DNA of 4,774 nucleotides from a virus (Duplodnaviria; Heunggongvirae; Uroviricota; Caudoviricetes): IMG/VR virus record IMGVR_UViG_2671180846_000027; one strand, 5' to 3'. Shown piece by piece: positions 1 to 4,774 of this stretch (position 1 is its first letter; each line of letters starts with the position of its first letter). The notes under the pieces were generated by a model. It saw only the letters and a program-made list of their open reading frames with translations, ran no database searches and was not told where the DNA came from. The position numbers and the translations under genes were made by a program.

Positions 1-542
1 GAAGAAACCACCACGGCAACAGAAGCGAAAATCTCAGAGTGCGATTTAACCGCGACGATTGAACAACGCGGACCACAAACGGCGGATGAACTGGCTACGC
101 TGTTCGGTACAACATCCCGCAAAGTTGCTTCAACGCTGGCAATGGCAATCAGCAAAGGTCGTCTGATTCGCGTAAACCAGAACGGTAAAATTCGTTACTG
201 CATACCAGGTGATAATTTACCAGCAGAGCCGAAAGTTGAATCGGTAGCGGAAACCGATGGTAAAGCCTTTCCTCAGCCAGCCGGTGTTCGTTACCGGTAC
301 AGAAAGATGCAACACAGGAAGATATTAAAACAGAAACTGTGGCGGACATTGTGCAGTCGCTGCCATCGTTTACTGCAACGCGAGAAGATGATTTGATTTT
401 GCCATCGCTGCATATGGCAAATCGCGAACTGCGTAGGGCGAAGAATCATGTCCAGAAGTGGGAGCGAGTCTGCGCCGCGCTGCGGGAGCTGAACAAGCAC
501 CGGGATATGGTTGCCGGGATTTGTCGGAAGTCCGGGCAATGA
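1..542 (+). CDS. Phage early-region protein, 5'-truncated at the window edge and apparently frameshifted (frame 1 up to about 290, frame 3 from about 290 to the TGA at 540-542). Recalled, unverified resemblance to DUF1627-type prophage proteins.
   Basis: Frame 1 is open from nt 1 and gives a plausible protein ([97 protein letters not shown]) before turning into an implausible basic tail ([34 protein letters not shown], stop at 394-396). Frame 3 over the same DNA gives a protein-like continuation ([82 protein letters not shown], stop 540-542). The family assignment is from memory. Confidence 0.5.
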
Positions 543-703
543 GCGGATGGTGCAGGCCTGAAATCATGATACTAACAATGAAGGTAAAATGCATCGGCAG
601 TCTGATTGGTCGTAGTGAGGCGGCGGTCAGGATGAAAGCCCAGGTTAAGGGAATAAGCCTGATTCTGCGGGGTGATTTTCACCAGTCAACAAAATATCCG
701 TAG
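539..703 (+). CDS. Hypothetical small protein (54 aa), translationally coupled to the upstream gene
   Basis: ATG at 539-541 overlaps the upstream TGA (540-542) in an ATGA arrangement. SD-like GGAAG at 526-530, 8 nt upstream. Product [54 protein letters not shown] has a loosely helix-turn-helix-like segment (IGSLIGRSEAAVRMKA). No family recognised. Confidence 0.4.
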   Translation: MSGWCRPEIMILTMKVKCIGSLIGRSEAAVRMKAQVKGISLILRGDFHQSTKYP

Positions 704-983
704 CGCGATAACGGTCAAAAATTATGGCGCTGACACTTTTGTGCCACTGGAGATGACTGTACCTAAGTTCAGGGGAGAAGAACACGTCCGGTGGGATGGT
801 CGGGCCAGATTTAAAGGGCAGGTCATGGCTCCAGCCTGTACGCTGGCAATGGAGGCTGCCTGGCGGGAAATTGATATGGGAACCACGCCACTCAGGGATT
901 TACTGCCGGTCCAGAGAATAAATTCCTGTTACGGTTACACCACTGTGATCTTGCAAGTGCAGGAAAGTAGGTCTACACGGTAA
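672..983 (+). CDS. Hypothetical protein, start uncertain (GTG 672, ATG 753 or ATG 825); possibly a decayed gene
   Basis: Only long open frame across 704-983 on either strand (stop TAA 981-983). No candidate start has a well-spaced SD: GGAG at 749-752 directly abuts ATG 753. The C-terminal part of the translation looks only weakly protein-like. Confidence 0.3.
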   Translation: MIFTSQQNIRSAITVKNYGADTFVPLEMTVPKFRGEEHVRWDGRARFKGQVMAPACTLAMEAAWREIDMGTTPLRDLLPVQRINSCYGYTTVILQVQESRSTR

Positions 984-1209
984 CGCGAGTGCGTGTAACT
1001 TTTGATGTCATTCCCGTAGAAACACCGGACAAATTTTCGCTGACAGGTCATGCAGAAGGTATAAATCTGCAGATTATGGACAATTACGGATATCCGGCAA
1101 GAGCCGGAAAAAGCATGCCGCCTCTAATTCTCAGTGGAAGATGGACTTGATTATACTCATTGCATTGTCAGAAATAGTTATCCATTAAAGGCTGGCTATT
1201 CCAAACAGG

Positions 1210-1237
1210 ATGTTGATTACAAAAATGTAATCAACAT
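1210..1237. promoter_or_regulatory. Perfect inverted repeat ATGTTGATTAC-(AAAAAT)-GTAATCAACAT, candidate operator for a dimeric DNA-binding protein
   Basis: 11-bp arms are exact reverse complements with a 6-bp A-rich spacer. Lies just upstream of the candidate -35 of the moron promoter, in a 420-bp AT-rich non-coding region. Not followed by a T-run, so not a terminator. Confidence 0.45.
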
Positions 1238-1241
1238 GTAA

Positions 1242-1269
1242 GGTTTATACTCTTCAATATGCGTATAAT
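1242..1269 (+). promoter_or_regulatory. Candidate sigma70 promoter for the 1402-2160 gene
   Basis: Perfect -10 hexamer TATAAT at 1264-1269; weak -35 GGTTTA at 1242-1247 (16-bp spacer). A second -35-like TTGACT at 1283-1288 lacks a good -10. The region is so AT-rich that hexamer matching is weak evidence. Confidence 0.25.
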
Positions 1270-1401
1270 TTTCCTTATTTTGTTGACTTTAAATAACAAG
1301 CTATGCACGAGGTAAAGTCGGATAAGTTTATCTGGATGTAATATATATTATTTGTAGTGTTTATAACTTTATTTCATGATAACCAATAAAAGGAGTTTTT
1401 T

Positions 1402-2160
1402 ATGAGGAACATAATGGCAGGTTTTTTAATATTCCTGTCTTCTGCTGCTTATGCTGATATCAATCTGTATGGTCCTGGTGGCCCGCATACAGCCTTGCTT
1501 GATGCAGCCAAACTTTATGCCGAAAAAACAGGTATTATAGTGAACGTTCATTACGGCCCACAGAACAAATGGAATGAAGATGCCAAAAAAAATGCAGATA
1601 TCTTGTTTGGCGCATCAGAACAATCTGCTCTGGCTATCATTCGGGACCATAAAGACAGCTTCAGTGAAAAAGATATTCAGCCTCTTTATCTGCGAAAAAG
1701 TATTTTACTGGTAAAGAAAGGTAATCCTAAAAATATCCGGAGTATTGACGACCTGACCAGACCTGGGATTGGCGTAATTGTTAATGATGGTGGTGGTACC
1801 AGTAATACATCAGGCACTGGCGTCTGGGAAGATATTGCCGGACGTAAAGGGAATATAGAAACTGTCGCCGCAATCCGAAAAAATATTATTTTATATGCGC
1901 CCAATAGCGGAACTGCACGTAAGGCTCTTGAGAATCAGCCTGGAGCAGATGTCTGGATAACCTGGGCTGACTGGGCAGCCAGTAATCCAGAAATTGGTGA
2001 TGTCGTGGAAATAGCGCCAGACTACGTGATATGGCGTGATATGAACATTACAGTACGTCAGGATGCAAATGATGAAACCCGTCGATTTGCAGAATGGCTA
2101 CAAACCGATGAAGCGGCGCCTGCATTCAAAAAATATGGCTGGACCAGGAAAGGCACTTGA
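1402..2160 (+). CDS. Secreted/periplasmic binding protein with distant ModA-like (PBP type 2, molybdate/anion-binding family) features; ligand unknown; 252 aa precursor
   Basis: SD AGGAG at 1391-1395, 6 nt before ATG 1402. Typical Sec signal peptide MRNIMAGFLIFLSSAAYA with an AxA cleavage site before DINLYG. Recalled pattern similarity to E. coli ModA, strongest at the C-terminus (ours AAPAFKKYGWTRK versus ModA AAEIFKRYGFTIK, ModA sequence from memory). Visibly AT-richer than flanking phage genes (about 40% versus mid-50s% GC by eye, not computed). Own terminator immediately downstream. Confidence 0.8.
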   Translation: MRNIMAGFLIFLSSAAYADINLYGPGGPHTALLDAAKLYAEKTGIIVNVHYGPQNKWNEDAKKNADILFGASEQSALAIIRDHKDSFSEKDIQPLYLRKSILLVKKGNPKNIRSIDDLTRPGIGVIVNDGGGTSNTSGTGVWEDIAGRKGNIETVAAIRKNIILYAPNSGTARKALENQPGADVWITWADWAASNPEIGDVVEIAPDYVIWRDMNITVRQDANDETRRFAEWLQTDEAAPAFKKYGWTRKGT

Positions 2161-2161
2161 C

Positions 2162-2192
2162 ATCCTCGTCCTTCAGGACGTGGATTCTTTTT
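2162..2192 (+). terminator. Rho-independent terminator of the binding-protein gene
   Basis: Hairpin ATCC-T-CGTCC / TTCA loop / GGACG-T-GGAT (9 bp with one T-T mismatch), followed by TCTTTTT. Starts 2 nt after the TGA stop (2158-2160). Confidence 0.6.
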
Positions 2193-2279
2193 CCGGATGC
2201 CGCGCCAGCGGCATGTAGGGGCAGCTCACAAAACGGAAAAAATTGTACGCTAAGCCTCGCCAGGTGAACTGAATTCATT

Positions 2280-2303
2280 CCGATATGGGAATTCCCATAT
2301 CGG
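2280..2303. repeat. 24-bp perfect palindrome CCGATATGGGAATTCCCATATCGG
   Basis: Exact reverse-complement symmetry with no spacer, centred on GAATTC. Sits between the moron terminator and the putative hok promoter. Confidence 0.5.
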
Positions 2304-2314
2304 GCGAAAACGGT

Positions 2315-2342
2315 TTGCTGTAACGGCAGAGTTAAGTAGGAT
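2315..2342 (+). promoter_or_regulatory. Candidate promoter of the hok/mok mRNA
   Basis: TTGCTG (2315-2320), 16-bp spacer, TAGGAT (2337-2342). This would place the transcript start near 2346-2350, where the hok-mRNA-like 5' leader (GCGGGTGCTTGAGGCTATCTGCCTC) begins. Weak hexamers. Confidence 0.25.
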
Positions 2343-2396
2343 TGCTGCGGGTGCTTGAGGCTATCTGCCTCGGGCATGAACACCAACGGCAGATAG

Positions 2397-2470
2397 ATAA
2401 AAGCCCCACCCGACTATAAATCGAAGTGAGGCCCCTATATGCTCGTCACATATAGATTGCCTCTTACGGA
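2397..2470 (-). ncRNA. sok: Candidate Sok-like antisense RNA (antitoxin of the type I hok system); boundaries approximate
   Basis: Minus strand across the mok start region carries a terminator-like hairpin (plus coordinates 2403-2432: GCCTCAC, 16-nt loop, GTGGGGC with one G-U pair) followed by TTTTAT (2402-2397). A minus-strand TTGACC (-35-like) lies at plus 2477-2482, but no convincing -10 at correct spacing was found. Confidence 0.3.
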
Positions 2471-2611
2471 CCGAAAGGTCAAGGAGAAGCAGGCTATGAA
2501 GCAGCAAAAGGCGATGTTAATCGCCCTGATCGTCATCTGTTNNNNNNNNNNNNNNNNNNNNNNNNNNNNNNNNNNNNNNNNNNNNNNNNNNNNNNNNNNN
2601 NNNNNNNNNNN
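2439..2611 (+). CDS. mok: mok-like in-frame N-terminal extension of hok (modulation of killing); 3' end lost in the N-run
   Basis: ATG 2439 with SD-like GTGAGG (2426-2431), reading MLVTYRLPLTDRKVKEKQA in frame into the hok ATG. Closely resembles my recollection of chromosomal MokC (MLNTCRVPLTDRKVKEKRAMKQHKAM...). Confidence 0.5.
2496..2611 (+). CDS. hok: Hok/Gef-family type I toxin, HokD-like N-terminus; CDS interrupted by a 70-nt N-run so the 3' end and stop are not visible
   Basis: SD AAGGAG (2481-2486), 9 nt before ATG 2496. The 15 visible residues MKQQKAMLIALIVIC match the recalled N-terminus of E. coli HokD/RelF. Flanking mRNA elements fit a hok locus: 5' leader hairpin GAGGC-TATCT-GCCTC (2357-2371) and 9-bp 5'/3' complementarity 2346-2354 TGCGGGTGC with 2613-2621 GCACCCGCA (tac/fbi-like). 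Confidence 0.75.
2542..2611. other. Run of 70 N: assembly gap or masked sequence inside the hok CDS
   Basis: Directly visible. The ORF-track readthrough into 2612-2711 in the hok frame is an artefact of the N's: the sequence after the gap is hok 3' UTR and terminator, not coding. Confidence 0.95.
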
Positions 2612-2625
2612 CGCACCCGCACTTA

Positions 2626-2655
2626 ACCCGCTTCGGCGGGTTTTTGTTTTTATTT
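2626..2655 (+). terminator. Rho-independent terminator at the 3' end of the hok mRNA
   Basis: Stem ACCCGC / loop TTCG / GCGGGT followed by TTTTTGTTTTTATTTT. Confidence 0.65.
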
Positions 2656-2776
2656 TCAACGCGTTTGAAGTTCCGGACGGCGCCGGAATAGAATCAAAAA
2701 TACTTAAGTAGCGCGCAGGGAGAAGAGGGATGGACCCCGAACAGGGGAGTGCTATTTATCTGGAAGGATTCTGTTG

Positions 2777-3034
2777 ATGAGAATCGAAGAATTACGTGAA
2801 ATTTTTAGTGAAGATGGCCTCTATACTGTGCGCGTTGAGAAGGGCGCTATTGTCAGCCACTGCCGTATTAAATGTTTACAGTCTCAACAAAGGAAGAGTG
2901 GAGCTGCGTTAATTCATTTTGTGGATGGGCTTGTGACGGATGGTTTTATTTTGCGTGCAAATGAATTTGTCACATCGTTGCCGTCTCTGAAAGAAGCTGG
3001 GATTAAGGCTGGTTTTTCTGCTTTTGAAGATTAG
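2777..3034 (+). CDS. Hypothetical protein (85 aa from ATG 2777; ORF track starts at TTG 2774)
   Basis: SD-like GGAAGGA (2762-2768), 8 nt before ATG 2777. Product MRIEELREIFSEDGLYTVRVEKGAIVSHCRIKCLQSQQRKSGAALIHFVDGLVTDGFILRANEFVTSLPSLKEAGIKAGFSAFED has a balanced, protein-like composition. No family recognised. Confidence 0.5.
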   Translation: MRIEELREIFSEDGLYTVRVEKGAIVSHCRIKCLQSQQRKSGAALIHFVDGLVTDGFILRANEFVTSLPSLKEAGIKAGFSAFED

Positions 3035-3103
3035 TGAATTCATCTACAATTCAGCGCAGGGCTGAACCCCTGTTGAGTAACACTGTGCCACCGGAGAAAG
3101 CCG

Positions 3104-3382
3104 ATGGCGCAAAATTCCAGACTACACAATTCTGATAATTCAGCCGTCTTTGCCAGCAGGCACGGGCGGCGTTCTCATGCATTCAAATCTGACTGGTTCC
3201 GGCACGCCCCATGCACTGAAGAACAGGCCGAATGGCTGATTCAGAACTACCGCAGACGTGGGTATGAGTTTAGGAAAGCCCTCAGCCTCGATTATCGTCA
3301 CTGGATAATCTACGTCAGGCTGCCGTACTCCGAGCGCCCACCGCGTCCGTCCCGCACATTCCAGCAACGCATCTGGAGGTAA
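3104..3382 (+). CDS. Hypothetical small basic protein (92 aa)
   Basis: GGAG at 3092-3095, about 8 nt before ATG 3104; stop TAA 3380-3382 is immediately followed by the next gene. Arg/His-rich product (…TEEQAEWLIQNYRRRGYEFRKALSLDYRHWIIYVRLPYSE…). Could alternatively be a spurious frame. Confidence 0.4.
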   Translation: MAQNSRLHNSDNSAVFASRHGRRSHAFKSDWFRHAPCTEEQAEWLIQNYRRRGYEFRKALSLDYRHWIIYVRLPYSERPPRPSRTFQQRIWR

Positions 3383-3383
3383 C

Positions 3384-4439
3384 GTGCGGGTATTACTTCG
3401 ACCTGTTCCGGTACCGGAACTTGGGTTGGTGGTCCTTAAACCAGGCCGTGAATCCATGCAGGTATTCCATAACCCTCGAGTGCTTGTGGAGCCGGAACCG
3501 AAAAGCATGCGCGGTCTGCCGTCCGGCATCGTCCCTGCCGTTCGCCAGCCGCTGGCGGAGGATAAATCATTACTGCCGTTTTTCAGCAATGAGCGTGTGA
3601 TTCGTGCTGTTGGTGGCGCTGGTGCACTGTCTGACTGGCTGTTGCGTCATGTCAAATCCTGCCAGTGGCCTCATGGTGACTATCATCACAGTGAAACCGT
3701 TATTCACCGTTATGGTACCGGCGCAATGGTGTTGTGCTGGCACTGCGACAACCAGCTGCGTGACCAGACATCCGAATCACTCGAGCAACTTGCTCATCAA
3801 AACCTGTCAGCATGGATGATTGACGTCATCGGTCACGCAATAAGCGGTACGCAGGAGCGTGAATTATCTCTGGCTGAATTATCCTGGTGGGCGGTCCGCA
3901 ATCAGGTGGCGGACGCGCTACCGGAAGCGGTATTACGTCGTTCGCTGGGGTTGCGTGCGGAAAAAATCCGCTCAATGTACCGTGAAAGCGACATCGTACC
4001 GGGAGAGCAGACCGCCACCATCATACTGAAGCAGCGCACAAAAAATCTTGCGCCGCTGCCTCACGCCCACCAGCAAAACCCGCCACAGGAAAAGACGGTG
4101 GTCAGCATTGCCGTTGATCCCGAGTCACCGGCTCAGTATCTCCAGCGCCAGAAATCACAACGGGAAGAGATGCCTGTATACACGCGCTGGGTAAAAACGC
4201 AGAAATGCATGACGTGTGGCAATCAGGCAGATGATCCGCATCACATCATTGGTCATGGACTGGGAGGGATGGGAACAAAGGCTGATGATTTGTTTGTTAT
4301 TCCGCTGTGCCGTAAATGCCATAGCGAACTACACGCCGGGGTAAAAGATTTTGAAGAAAAACACGGCAGCCAGCTGTTGTTGCTGATTCGTTTTTTAATG
4401 CACGCGAGAAATTCGGGTGTTCTGAAGTGGAAAGCATAA
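3384..4439 (+). CDS. DUF968-like prophage protein with C-terminal Cys/His (HNH/zinc-finger-like) cluster; resembles E. coli Qin-prophage YdfU by length and position (from memory)
   Basis: 351-codon ORF starting at GTG 3384, with GGAGG at 3375-3379 (short 4-nt spacer; an internal ATG at 3456 is an alternative start). C-terminal motif KCMTCGNQADDPHHIIGHG…VIPLCRKCHSELH (nt 4206-4334). Sits directly upstream of rusA, the usual position of DUF968 genes in lambdoid prophages. Confidence 0.8.
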   Translation: MRVLLRPVPVPELGLVVLKPGRESMQVFHNPRVLVEPEPKSMRGLPSGIVPAVRQPLAEDKSLLPFFSNERVIRAVGGAGALSDWLLRHVKSCQWPHGDYHHSETVIHRYGTGAMVLCWHCDNQLRDQTSESLEQLAHQNLSAWMIDVIGHAISGTQERELSLAELSWWAVRNQVADALPEAVLRRSLGLRAEKIRSMYRESDIVPGEQTATIILKQRTKNLAPLPHAHQQNPPQEKTVVSIAVDPESPAQYLQRQKSQREEMPVYTRWVKTQKCMTCGNQADDPHHIIGHGLGGMGTKADDLFVIPLCRKCHSELHAGVKDFEEKHGSQLLLLIRFLMHARNSGVLKWKA

Positions 4440-4774
4440 ATGACTGAACGCATAGAATTTGTTTTGCCTTACCCGCCAACGGTGAACACTTACTGGCGTC
4501 GTCGTGGCAGCACATATTTTGTATCAAAAGCCGGGGAGCGTTATCGCCGGGCAGTGGCGCTTATTGTTCGCCAGCAGCGGCTGAAATTAAGCCTGTCCGG
4601 AAGGTTGGCAATAAAAATTATTGCAGAACCACCGGATAAGCGCCGCCGTGACCTGGACAATATCCTGAAAGCACCACTGGATGCGTTGACGCATGCCGGA
4701 CTTCTCATAGACGACGAGCAGTTTGATGAAATCAATATTGTGCGCGGTCAGCTCGTTCCTGGTGGGCGGCTGGG
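4440..4774 (+). CDS. rusA: RusA-family Holliday-junction resolvase (crossover junction endodeoxyribonuclease), 3'-truncated by the window end
   Basis: ATG 4440 directly abuts the upstream TAA (4437-4439). Translation MTERIEFVLPYPPTVNTYWRRRGSTYFVSKAGERYRRAVALIVRQQRLKLSLSGRLAIKIIAEPPDKRRRDLDNILKAPLDALTHAGLLIDDEQFDEINIVRGQLVPGGRL shows RusA hallmarks (LPxPPxxNxYWR, PDxRRRDLDN acidic catalytic cluster, DALTxAG, PGGRL) and aligns in pattern with recalled E. coli K-12 RusA. Confidence 0.9.
   Translation, partial: MTERIEFVLPYPPTVNTYWRRRGSTYFVSKAGERYRRAVALIVRQQRLKLSLSGRLAIKIIAEPPDKRRRDLDNILKAPLDALTHAGLLIDDEQFDEINIVRGQLVPGGRL

Noticed and set aside
149-594. Three minus-strand ORFs (149-349, 291-539, 370-594)
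   Set aside because: All are antisense to the plus-strand early gene(s), with no ribosome-binding sites and implausible composition.
1076-1144. 22-codon mini-ORF (MDNYGYPARAGKSMPPLILSGRWT) in the intergenic region
   Set aside because: Too short, no SD, and nothing recognisable; could at most be a fragment of a decayed gene.
1686-1904. 72-aa minus-strand ORF inside the binding-protein gene
   Set aside because: Antisense shadow ORF; the plus-strand gene has a signal peptide, SD and terminator and clearly owns this interval.
1402-2160. Calling the secreted protein a molybdate-binding ModA ortholog
   Set aside because: Similarity is only pattern-level and from memory. The regions corresponding to ModA's anion-binding residues look different, so only the fold family is proposed.
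2126-2386. 86-aa minus-strand ORF spanning the moron terminator and hok leader
   Set aside because: Crosses a terminator hairpin, the 24-bp palindrome and the hok mRNA 5' structure; no start signals; most likely non-coding.
2435-2711. ORF-track frames reading through the N-run (2439-2711 plus, 2435-2659 minus)
   Set aside because: The continuity across the N's is an artefact. Downstream of the gap the plus-strand sequence is the hok 3' UTR and terminator, and the minus frame is simply antisense to hok.
3140-3589. 149-aa minus-strand ORF
   Set aside because: Antisense to two well-supported plus-strand genes; low-complexity S/T/G/R-rich translation; no SD. Typical shadow ORF in GC-rich coding DNA.
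3604-3819. 71-aa plus-strand ORF in an alternative frame inside the DUF968 gene
   Set aside because: Fully nested in a different frame of a well-supported gene; Cys/Thr-rich implausible product.
4253-4735. Three minus-strand ORFs over the DUF968 3' end and rusA
   Set aside because: Antisense to genes with clear family signatures (RusA catalytic motifs); no independent support.
1-4774. CRISPR arrays, tRNA/rRNA genes, IS elements or integrase/att sites
   Set aside because: No spaced direct repeats, no tRNA-like cloverleaf candidates, and no transposase- or integrase-like ORFs were seen in any frame. The two notable repeats are isolated palindromes, not arrays.

Overview
This window reads as the rightward early/nin region of a lambdoid enterobacterial prophage, transcribed almost entirely on the + strand. 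All calls are from reading the sequence and from recalled family knowledge; no searches or computations were run. In order: a 5'-truncated early gene that appears frameshifted (1-542); two small uncertain ORFs (539-983); a 420-bp AT-rich non-coding stretch carrying a perfect palindrome and a candidate promoter; an AT-rich insert encoding a signal-peptide-bearing, ModA-like periplasmic binding protein (1402-2160) with its own terminator; a hok/mok/sok-type type I toxin-antitoxin locus (about 2346-2655) whose toxin CDS is interrupted by a 70-nt N-run; two small ORFs of unknown function; a DUF968-like protein with a C-terminal Cys/His cluster (3384-4439); and the 5' part of a RusA-family Holliday-junction resolvase (4440 to window end). 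The most unusual element is the orphan secreted binding protein sitting between phage genes; the hok locus is notable for having intact mRNA-folding elements despite the gap.
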